Source of the DNA: Octopus sinensis
Taxonomy: Eukaryota
Assembly (NCBI RefSeq): GCF_006345805.1
Contig: NC_043018.1
Location: 27,466,001-27,530,000 of the forward strand
Direction of reading: 5' to 3'
Length of the DNA: 64,000 nt
Each line of letters opens with the position of its first letter. The first letter of the stretch is position 1. The notes below the pieces were generated by a model that saw nothing but the letters and a program-made list of their open reading frames with translations, had not been told where the DNA came from and did no database searches. This document shows, in pieces, positions 12,930 to 24,561 of the stretch. Position numbers and translations under genes: made by a program.

Positions 12930-13200
12930 ATATATAATTATATATATATATATATATATATATACGATGAAAATATTTCACCTTGTGAGCAATAGAGAAA
13001 TAAGAATCGTTTGCACGCCGGGCGATATGCTTAGCGGTATGTCGTCTGTCTTTAAGTTCTGAGTTCAAATTTCACCGAGGTGGACTTGGCCTGTCGTCCC
13101 TTAGGGATCGATAAATTAAGTACCAGTTACGTACTGTGGTAGATCTAATCGACTGGTTCCTTCTCCAAAATTTCGGGCCTTATGCCTACAGTAGAAAAGA
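12280..13200 (+). mobile_element. Cluster of Nin-DC/Deu-domain-like SINE family 3 copies
   Basis: Repeated ggcggtgagctggcagaa head and gcctttcatcctttcggggtcgataaattaagtaccag core resembling the Deu/Nin central domain. Confidence 0.75.
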
Positions 13201-14675
13201 ATAATAAAGATGGTGCTTATATTTCTTATGAAAAGATCCATGCATGGACAAAGAAAAATGAAAAGTACCGATGTTGGCAATCAGCTGTGGTATTGGTGCT
13301 GGTGGTGGTGTTTGTAGAGATAGCGCATCAAGCATTTTTTTGACTAAGTTGATTTCAAAAGTTAACACACACATACACACACACACACACACATACACAT
13401 CGTTGCTATTATACAAAAGTGTCGTAAGTCCAAAACGTTGCTTTTTCAGAAAACGAAAAAAATAGTTTCACCATTCCATAACAAAACCGTCGTACCACAC
13501 TTTGGCAATTTTTTATATCTTGGCATTCGAAGTAGCTGGAGTTTGGCCTAAAGAACCGGCTATTGCAAGCAAAAATAAATATTGAGAAAAACGCATTTAG
13601 ACAAATTTACAAATTTGGACATATGACAGTTTAACATAATTCCAACGATATATATATAATCATATCAAAGGGAAATGGAATTTAATTAAATTTAAAATAT
13701 TCAATCAAAATTTACATTTCCAGTGATCTAACGAGCAAAAAAATTAGTCAAGAAGACTATATATTAGTTATACGATATAGTGTATATTTATACACATAAG
13801 GAATCTCACACTAAGTGGATTGAATATTTTAAATTTAATTAAATTCCATTTCCCTTTGATATCATTAAACATTATAACTTTTGGGATAATTTTCGGTTAA
13901 AGTTGGCGGTTTTTTATTGTAGCCAACGATAAGACTGCGATTGCGCAGAAATATTTGAAAAGTTAGTTCGTATAAACACAAGACGGGTAGCGGTGCTTGT
14001 CTTCTGTCTCTTATACGTTTAACCCTAGGCTGGACCTCGCCGAAGATCAGACCTTGCGAGTTCCCCCGACTTGCTAAAAGATCAGAAACCAATTTGGTCC
14101 GGGGTACTAGATGGTAAATATCTTTCATTTCCAAATTTATTCCTGTCGAATTTTATCCGGTATTTTTGTGGTTTATAGAACCTAGATGTTCTCTCTAATA
14201 TGTTGAATCTCACACTAAGTGGATTCCTTATGTGTATAAATATGCACTATATCGTATATATATATATATATATAATTGTCATTAAGAATAACAGAAGGTG
14301 TTAGAAACACCTACAATACTAGAAATAAGTGCTAAACGTTCTGATGCTACAGACAATGCACATAATTGTATACACATACATACTGAGAGCGACCTAAACG
14401 GGAAAAATCGGCAGTCGTAATATCCCTATACCGTCGACGACTTTGGATTTAAGGCCGAAATCACTTGCCTATCCGACTTACGACCGCTCAAATTTATGAC
14501 GATAGGTGTGCCAACTCCCGGCAGCAATAATAAATTTTCCATTTTAAATCTAATGGGTTTAAAGTAACACGTATACGGATGAATTCAGCTAAAAAACGCT
14601 TCCCCTAGGTTTGGTTATCAATCGCCACAGGGATGGATAACTATCCTGTCGCGGAGACATCCAGGCAACCTCGTA

Positions 14676-15049
14676 TCTCTCTCTATATAAACGGCAGTTT
14701 GTCTGTGCGTTTTCTGTGTGTCTGTTTTCTCGTACCCTCATCCTCACCACGGCTTTCAACCGATTCTGATGAAACTTGACACACACATAGCCCAATGTCA
14801 TAATTCAAAACTAACGCAGCGAACATTTTGAAAAGTTCCCCCAGTTCTAAAAAAAATCGATAAATTCGACATGGGGTCCAGAACCAGAAACACAAACTGT
14901 CTAGGGGACGCAACTCCACCTTTTTTAACTAAAAAAAAATTTACCATCATTTTTTTCCATTTTTTTGCTATTTTTTGGCTATAACTCTCTAAAAATGCTT
15001 TATAGTTATTTCCCTTACAAACCTGAGCAACGCCGGGCGATACTGCTAG
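14676..15049 (+). mobile_element. Non-autonomous Helitron
   Basis: A|TCTCTCTCTATATAAA start and gagcaacgccgggcgatactgCTAG|T end; inserted in an AT dinucleotide, no TSD. Confidence 0.8.
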
Positions 15050-15252
15050 TTTGTTTATAAGACGACTGCTTGAGACACCGGCATTTTTGATTAACACCAG
15101 TAAAATAGTATCATACAGAATGCTGTGTATGAATTTTACCTGAGAAAATAACGTAAGAATGTAAAAACATAAAACAAACCTATGCATGTCTATAGGCCGA
15201 CTTACGACCAGTCAGTCGGAACAAATTGTGGTCGTAAGTCGATGACGACCTG

Positions 15253-15302
<50 letters not shown>

Positions 15303-15309
15303 TCACTGT

Positions 15310-15611
15310 AATCACCGTGACCGACCAGGCTATCAGATGTTGCTACACATCGCTGGTCCCAATGCACTTCGCATTGTTTTAGCCTTCAAATGACGCCACC
15401 CCTCTGGCTAAGCGAGCAGGCCAAAAAAAGAAAGAGTGAGAGAAAGTTGTGGCGGAAGAGTACAGCAGGTATCGCCACCCACCCACCTGCCGGAGTCTCG
15501 TGGATCTTTAGGTGTTTTCGCTCAATAAACACTCAGCGCCTGGTCTGGGAATCGAAACAGCGATCCTATGACCGCGAGTTCGCAGCCCTAACCACTGGGC
15601 CATTGCGCCTC

Positions 15612-15612
<1 letters not shown>
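15310..15612 (-). mobile_element. tRNA-derived SINE family 2b
   Basis: Sense head ggaggcgcaatggcccagtggttagggctgcgaactcgcggtc. Confidence 0.8.
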
Positions 15613-15653
<41 letters not shown>

Positions 15654-16324
15654 CATACATATACATATATATATAAATATATATGTATGTATGTATGTAT
15701 GTGTGTGTATATATATATGTATGTATTAGCACTCATCCCAAATACAAAAACACATACACACACGCACACACACATACACACATGTTCTCTCTCTCACTTT
15801 CTCCTCATCCATCGCCCTCTGGTACTGTCTTATATTCCTCCCCACTACTACAAAACTCTATAAAATGGTCAAAACTCCTCACACAGGAACTTAGTTTGAT
15901 TTGAAAACCCCACTAGAATGGGAGAAAGCGCTAATGATCTAAGTGATATGATATGTATATATAAAATGTAATATACAAATAAATATCTGTAAATATAAAC
16001 CATCCGATCTTCTGAGTACCTCATTTCTTCTATGCCCCAGCATGGCCACAGCTCGTGAGCTGAAACTAGATAAAATTAAAAAAATATATATATACACACA
16101 CACACACAAACACACAGAAAGTTAGGAAGGGAGTAGATCAAATCCGGGCTACATACTTTTCATTCGTATCTCCTGCGGGTCAACATGGGATTCCTTAACC
16201 ACCAAAGTAACTCTTCTTGATTTAGGTATCTTTGGCCCGATGAGTAGCTAGCGGATTACCCTCGTGTGAACAATTACTATTTCCAAATATTGCAAAACTT
16301 TCCTAGCCTTATGAACGAGGCAAT

Positions 16325-17045
16325 TGTCGGTGGCATGTGATTATTTAAATATGGCAGCACATTTTCACTTACTAATTGCAGATAGCCTACACTGTTCAAT
16401 CTGCTATCAACTTTATCAAATGGACCAACACCTAAGCTGCTGAATGCGGCCCACACCATTACTCCCACACACACACCTCCCGCTTGCACCATTTTCTTAA
16501 CACACTTAGGATGGACTTTTTCAGTTGGACGGCGTCTAACATAAGCCTTTTCGTCTGATCCAAATATGCAGAAGCGGGATTCGTCTGATCCAAAGAACGT
16601 TTGACCAGTCTTAGGCCGTCCATTCAATATGGCTTTTAGCAAACTTGATCCACTTCTGCCGGGTCGTCTCAGAAATTATCGGTTTCTTTCGAGCGATCCG
16701 GCAGAAAAGTCCAAGTTCTTTTAGGCAGTTTCTGACCACTTGTGGTGTAAAGCTGATGTCAGTTTCATCAGATAATTCCTGGCAAATGTCCACTGCTGTT
16801 AGAAGTCAGTTACCTTAAGAGAACCTATGAATTCACCGATCAAGCTGTACTGTTGTTTTTCTCGGAGCGCCTGGTCTTTGCCGATCTTTGTGTTGGCCAC
16901 TCGTTTGGTAAAGCTTCCATGCCTGGACAGAAGCCGTTTTGCTGCATTCTAATTCCTTGCTAATGTTCATGAAAGACACATTTTGCTGATGAGGCAACAC
17001 CATCTTTGATCTAGGAACTGGACTGACACTACGACGCTTTCCCGT
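16325..17045 (-). pseudogene. Tc1-like transposase, truncated before the second catalytic Asp
   Basis: Translations CRIARKKPII, SDESRFCIFGSD and VMVWAAFSSLGVG; start codon reads ACG at 17045; internal stop and frameshifts; possible single TIR end ctgTA at ~17265. Confidence 0.85.
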
Positions 17046-17491
17046 AGTGAATTAATGTGTACCAATGCTCGATTATTAAACAAAACAGTGCAGTTCGACC
17101 AGCCATATGACCACCAATTTGGTTTAATAAGTTGGTACGGTTTTAAATATATTTTGCCGACAGTTTCTAATCATTTGAATTAATAGCGGATTAAAATTAT
17201 TCGAATTGTAGAAAAATATATAAGACTTATACCATTCGAAAGAGAAAAAGATTCTACATAAACTGTAAAAAGTAAAATAACTTTATGCAATATAAGCGGG
17301 ACCAGCCATCTGAATGTGGCTAGGGACAGGGCGGGGTGGTGGGGGTGTTACTGATGCATTTAGCCCCAGGCGACTATAGACGTCACCAGGAGAGCCGACA
17401 CCATCACGGTGTCCTTGCTAGTTTTATTAAAAATATATTAATGAAGGAACTGAACTATCATCATCGCCCTTAAACTTATTTTGGCTAGTGT

Positions 17492-17528
<37 letters not shown>

Positions 17529-17888
17529 TATATATATATAAGGTGTGTTATGAACATTTACAGAACACAATTCTACATAAACTCAACAAACAATTAAAGA
17601 TTGAGAAGAGAAAATGTTAAAAGTTTTATAAAATTTTAAGCCAAACATACGATCGTTTCAAAACGGTAACACCAACATGTAAGGAACATGGAGAAAATTA
17701 TATCAATTATAATTATGATTAAATGAATTTAATTACATATTGCCGTTCTCCTTAGTGCAAAAAAAGAATGCATCAAGTCGTAACATAAGAAAATTATGTT
17801 ATTAGAAATCTAACTTTTGACCCCCCCCCCACAAAGTAAAAATGTTCTAATTGAACTCACTATTTCTCTCTCTTTGTCTGTCTGTCTT

Positions 17889-17937
<49 letters not shown>

Positions 17938-18227
17938 TATATATATATATACATACATACATACGTACGTACTTATGTGCGTGTGCGGTCGCGCATGTAT
18001 GTATACACACTCTCACGCACATTCACACATACACATACACACATATTACTGATCGTACAGTCTCAGTGTAACTGTCTTATTTGTTTGCCAGATTCGCTGC
18101 GACCTAGCGCTTACGAGCGACTCCCTCACATCGCCGAGTGTTTGAACAGCTGAAAGTCAAAGACAGACGAGACAGCTCGCCTCGAATCGAATTCATGAAA
18201 GCATGAAAGATGGATATATATATATAT

Positions 18228-18414
18228 AGGCGCAGGAGTGGCTGTGTGGTAAGTAGCTTGCTTACCAACCACATGATTCCGGGTTCAGTCCCACTGCGTG
18301 GCACCTTGGGCAAGTGTCTTCTACTATAGCCTCTGGCCGACCAAAGCCTTGTGAGTGGATTTGGTAGACGGAAACTGAAAGAAGCCCGTCGTATATATGT
18401 ATATATATATATAT

Positions 18415-18508
<94 letters not shown>

Positions 18509-18674
18509 ATTATATATATATATATATATATAGTTATCGCCATACTTATATGGCAGTCTTATAAATATAAGACTAATATAAGTATGGCGATAACTATTAA
18601 TTTCCAGTAACGCTGCCGTATTCTCCTTTAGAGAGACTTAGTAATTATAATTAAATTTAATATATATATATATT

Positions 18675-18707
<33 letters not shown>

Positions 18708-18925
18708 ATATGTTTGTGTGTCTGTGTTTGTCCCCCTAGCATTGCTTGACAACCGATGCTGGTGTGTTTATGTCCCCGTCACTTAGCGGTTCGGCAGAAA
18801 GAGACCGATAAAATAAGTACTGGGCTTACAAAGAATAAGTCCCGGGGTCGAGTTGCTCGACTAAAGGCGGTGCTCCAGCATGGCCGCTGTCAAACGACTG
18901 AAACAAGTAAAAGAGTATAAAAGAG
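18228..18925 (+). mobile_element. SINE family 1 with an insertion in its internal (TA)n tract
   Basis: Head at 18228-18395, body and tail resume at ~18700. Confidence 0.85.
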
Positions 18926-19146
18926 TATATTTATATGTACATATACACACACGCATATATATAAACACATACATACATACATACATACATACATACATGC
19001 ATACATACATACATACATACATACATAATACATACATACATACATACATACATACATCATACATACATTACTTACATACATACATTCATACATACATATC
19101 ATATATATATTATATATATATATATAGTATATATATATATATATAT

Positions 19147-19228
<82 letters not shown>

Positions 19229-20852
19229 TATTCTTTATGAGTTAGAGGTTAAGATACCGTCGAAAGGGATATTTAATATCAGTACCAGTTCTTGTAATCT
19301 GGGTGGATTAGAATACATCTAAATATTAACACTACATGTCTATCCTACTATCCCCACAAGAGCCAGTATAACCCTCATTATAACTATAATAAACCCATTT
19401 GGCTCTTAGGTTAATATTTTACCTCTTAATTACCTAATATAATTATAATGAAACATATTGTTGTTAACGTTCCCTAAGTAATGCCTATATCGAAACATGA
19501 ATACTTCTGCTTATATCCAGAATTGTTTATAATCTCAAACTTATTTCTAATGTCTATGAATGTCTTACACCCTAAAATTGATTGAAATACACAGTTGTCC
19601 GCCTTCAACTATAGACTACAAGCCTAAAAAAATATTTTAACCCAGACACGTCCACATTAACACTTGTACTTTCGGACTTTGCTATTAAATTTATTATTAT
19701 TACTCAAACCTACCCACAACGTAATAACACTCCATAAATACTTTTCTATTATATGTTTTAGCATGGCATCTCTCCAATGATAATATAATATCAGGATACT
19801 TAACTACGATGGAAACCTTTGGCGTTTGTTTATCATGTGTTTACCCTTCAACTAAACGGTTCTTCATCTGTTTCTCCCTTACAGAAAACTACTCGTTAAT
19901 TAGATATGTATCTCAGATATATTCATATAAAATACTATTCACATATCCTTAAGTACTTTCCTTGGCCCTTCCATTGGTAAGGCCCCACCCCCCGACTATT
20001 CATGAAATATTCTTATATTGATATTTGTATTTATTTATATTTTTATTTTATTTTATTTGATTTTTATACTTTTGTTTTACCGGTCTTGGAATTCATTGAG
20101 CAATGCCATTGTTATTAAATATTAGATGACCCATTAGGTTGCAGGATTGACTCTGACCCCACCCCACTACATATAGGGGTTTGGGAATTAGGTTTCGGTC
20201 AAGAAGTAACTAATATTAGCATAGCATTTAGGCTTCACTCAATTTTCTTTCTTTCATTAATATACTCATGTCTTAACTCCACGTAATGGGTTTAATGTAA
20301 GTTATTTCTGCCAACTCCTTTTATAATGCTATATCTACTAAATAGCGGTTAGCATCTAATCTCTAACCCCTGTAACATGGACGAAACCATTAAACCCATT
20401 AAACCCAACATATAACATACTACCTGCGTTATTTCCTCCAGTGTATTGGAAACCCGATGTGAACCGCAGCCTGTCGAAATTCCTCCAGACTGGGACTTTA
20501 TTCACCTGCTTACTACAGGATGGAATACCATGGATTATATTAACCCCTTAATTGAAGTCCTCACCTTACCTTCCCTTACTCTCACTTTATTTTATTTTAT
20601 TTGACCCTACTCTATTTTTTAACTGACTTTCACACATGTTAGTTCCCTAACATCTGGACCCTCTGAAGAAGCCTAGGGACATATCCATTATCTAAACCCT
20701 GCTCAATGTTTGTTCATCCCTGTATGTTCGGACGAGAGATAACTTGGAAGTTTGTTGTAACATGGTAGAAACGGCCTAAGTAATAGTACATGTACTCTCA
20801 TCTATTATTACTCATTGTTTCTATATATATGAATATATATATATAATATATA

Positions 20853-20893
<41 letters not shown>

Positions 20894-21021
20894 GTATATA
20901 TATATATATAATATTATATATATATATATAAAATATTATTTGAGACAAACCACTATTTGCAAAACAAACAAGGAAAGACTTAATCAATACATAAAATTTA
21001 ATAAATAGTCAAAAAAAACCG

Positions 21022-21064
21022 CCACTACAATCGTTTCTTGTCTTGATCGACAATCTTCAGGTGG
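21022..21064 (-). ncRNA. Minimal type I hammerhead ribozyme, family A (left arm)
   Basis: Sense ccac CTGAAGA ttgtc-gatcaa-gacaa GAAA cgattg TA gtgg. Confidence 0.8.
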
Positions 21065-23589
21065 ACTTCCAATCTAAAAAATCAAAATTTTAAAATATAA
21101 AAATAATACTTTTAAATAATTAAAGTATAAATGAAAAAATATAAGTATATAATCCATATATAACCTATATATAATCCATATCGAAAATATAGACTAATTA
21201 CCACGAATTCCCTAAAAAAAACCATGATAAAACAAAACTCTTAAAAACATATAACGATAAAATCTCCCTTTGCTAAACTCTATAACAAACCTATAAAGTA
21301 AACCCCTAACCTAAACATTCACACACAAATACACACACGTAAACCACAGACTCACGACTTATACACATACCTATACTAACTTATAAACCTCAATATACAC
21401 CAAAACCCACTCCCTCCCCACACAGACAAATTAACACATACATCCCAAAACCTAAATAACAAACCCATATACACTTCACACACAAAACACACACTCACAC
21501 GCAAAACACTCACACACAAAAGATACATATACTCCCTCACATATACGCCTATACATACTCACTAAACTCGACATATACAACAATACTTACACACCCACAA
21601 AAAACATTATATACATTTATGAGCTTTAACTCACCTTAGCATCTCTAACAAACAACTTGCAGTAACCCAATCCCATTCTCTATGCCTACCTCACTACTAC
21701 ACTATTCCATTCACATTCCAAGCAACGCTAGTCCACCACCCGGTTATTCACGTGGCAAAACAACACCACTCAAAATTATGAATGAAACAATGTAAAAAAA
21801 TAAACCAACACCTAAAATAGACAAAATACCACAAATTACCTAAAAAAAAACCATGATAAACCAAAACTCATAAAAGCATATAACGATAAAATCTCCCTTT
21901 GCTAAACCCTATAACAAACTTATATAGCAATCCCCCTAACCTAAACATTCACACACAAAAAACCCACACGTAAACCACAGACCCAAGACTTATACACAAA
22001 CCTATACTAACTTATAAACCTCAATATACACCAAAAACCACTCCCTCCCCACACAGACAAATTAACACATACATCCCAAATCCTAAATAACAAACCCAAA
22101 TACACATTCACACACAAACACACACACACACAAAACACACATACACAACAGATACATATGCTCCCTCACATATACGCATATACATACTCACTAAAACTCG
22201 ATATATACAACAATATTTACACCCACACTCATACAGATAAATAAATTAATTATACAATTAAAAACTCACAACCAATCTCATATACATAAACACTCTTATG
22301 AAAACAACAATAAATACATCGTAATTAACCAGAATATCAAAAATAACATTATGACATAAGGATAAATCAAATACATACTTACAATTCAGTTACAAATTAT
22401 GAAGTGAAATTAGATTTTTAGCCGTTAAAAAACCAAACAAAATTACGTTACCAAGGAAATAACTAAGTAAAAAAGAATACGCGCCATAGAAAGTAAACGT
22501 CATTCATAGTATGAATGGAGAAATATAATAAATGGAACTAAAAACTATTTCCACGTAGCAAACCAACGCTACTAAAAAAAATTTATTATGAATGGATTCT
22601 TTAAAAACTATCATGAAAAATCAATTATATACATTTATGAGCTTTAGCTCACCCTAGCAACTCTAACAAACAACTTACAGTAACCCATACTCAATGCCTA
22701 CCTCATTACCACCCTAATCCATTCACAATTCCAAACAACACTAGTCCACCACACGGTTACAATTCCCAACTCTACCCATTCATTCACAATTTCAACGACG
22801 TTCAATCAACAACTCTACATATAAGCCTCAACATATACACCGGAGATACACTTACACATCCGTGCGGATGGGTGAGAGTATACATTAAGTGTAGTGATGG
22901 GGCTCCCATTTCTAAACACAGTTGTACCTGTGTGGTAGTCTCCATGTGTATATTCACGCACGGGTATAAATACAGGGGGTACACGCTCACTTCATTTACG
23001 TGTACCCCTCACATGTACATATGCATACAATTTTGGCTCGATATATGCAACAATGTAATCGCGCCCGTATGTGTGAGCATTCACTGGTTGTGCAATTCAC
23101 CCATCTGGGTGTGATTGTGTGTAAACTTATCACTGTGGAGGTCGAGCTTGATACGTATATATTAGTGTGTATTAGGGGTTGTACGTACTAATTATGTTCA
23201 TGTGCTTCACGCACTTGCGTCCATGTATGGAAGAATATATTGGGATTACTATGTAGGTGTAAATAGGGTAGGGGGAGTTTTGTCATTGTATGGGTGTGGG
23301 TTTCATTTGTGATGGTGGTTGGGATGTATGTGTTTATTTATCCATGTGGCTGGAGTGGCCGTTAGGTGCATATACTGAGGCTCACATGCAACCCAGTACA
23401 ACGAATAAAGTGGGCACTTATAATTATTATGGGTGTGTACTTATTATAAAGACAATACCCAAATAAAATCTGTCAATTCAACCTACAAATAAAAAACAAA
23501 AAACAAAGGGATCTTAAACATTCACACATACATACAAAACTCAATAAAAACACCACTAAATAACACCCAAAACATAATATTAATTATAA

Positions 23590-24561
23590 TTTTGTTACGT
23601 TTAGTGGTAAAAATAATAGATATTATAAAAAAAATAATAAAAATGATAAAATATAAATAAGAATAATAATAATAATAAATATAATAATAATAATATAAAT
23701 AAGAATAATATAAATAAAAATAAATTTAATAATTATTATAATAATTATATTGATAAATTAATAATATTAATAATTCCTTAAATGCTGTACATAGATATAA
23801 TTCTGATATAATTTTAATAAAAATAAAGAATTATAATATATTTATAATAATGATAATATAATAAGGTTAATAGAATAAAATTTGGTTAATAGTTCCTTAT
23901 GGAGATCAAGTTAAAACGAATATTATTAAGAGATTTTAGATGTTATAGAACTATTTATTAGAGATAATCGTAAATATAGAAACATTTTCTCTTTAATAAT
24001 TTTGGAGTTGGTTACTCTACCACTAATAATGTGGTAACATTATTTCTTCATTTAATAATATATAAACTGAATAATTTTTATATAAAAGAAATTATTTGAT
24101 AATAATATTAATAATGATAAGACTTTATATTAATTGTACATGTAGAGATAAATCTAATTGTATATTAAATAATAATTGTGATATTAACGATGTAGTGTAT
24201 AATGTATAGTTACATTACATGATAATAACTTTAAGAATAATAATTACAATAAAGCGGTTTATATAGGTTCTACTTCCTCAAAAATAAAACTAAGAATTGC
24301 ACAACATATGAATTCTTTTAAAAATAAAAACTAATCAACTCAACCGGACTTAGTAAGTATATTTGGAGTCTTAAATCACTAAATATTAATTATAGTTTAA
24401 TATGGGAAATAATTTGTAAAACTAAATCATATAATATAGGGACTAATTGTTTTATTTATGCTCTAATGAGTTTAAAGAATTTTTTTTATAAGTATGATAA
24501 TTTACTTAATACTGGGGAGGAGCGTAAAATAAAATGTAGACACAAGTTACTTTACTTATAT
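23590..24561 (+). pseudogene. Penelope-like ORF 3' part: RT thumb remnant, CxCx5Cx5C linker, GIY-YIG endonuclease
   Basis: Piecewise translation WLIVPYGDQVKTNIIKRF (23883), CTCRDKSNCILNNNC (24135-24179), YIGSTSSKIKLRIAQHMNSF (24260), STGLSKYIWSLK...WEIICKTKSYN, YLCSNE, LLN...KCRH; several 1-nt frameshifts; no RT catalytic motif seen. Confidence 0.85.

Noticed and set aside
20660-20785. CTGAAGA ... GAAAcggccTA as a hammerhead
   Set aside because: About 105 nt separate the core halves, stem II is doubtful and stem I does not pair.
21100-22850. Mitochondrial insertion suggested by the strong strand skew
   Set aside because: No mitochondrial gene, tRNA or rRNA motifs recognisable; the sequence is contiguous with a PLE 3' end.
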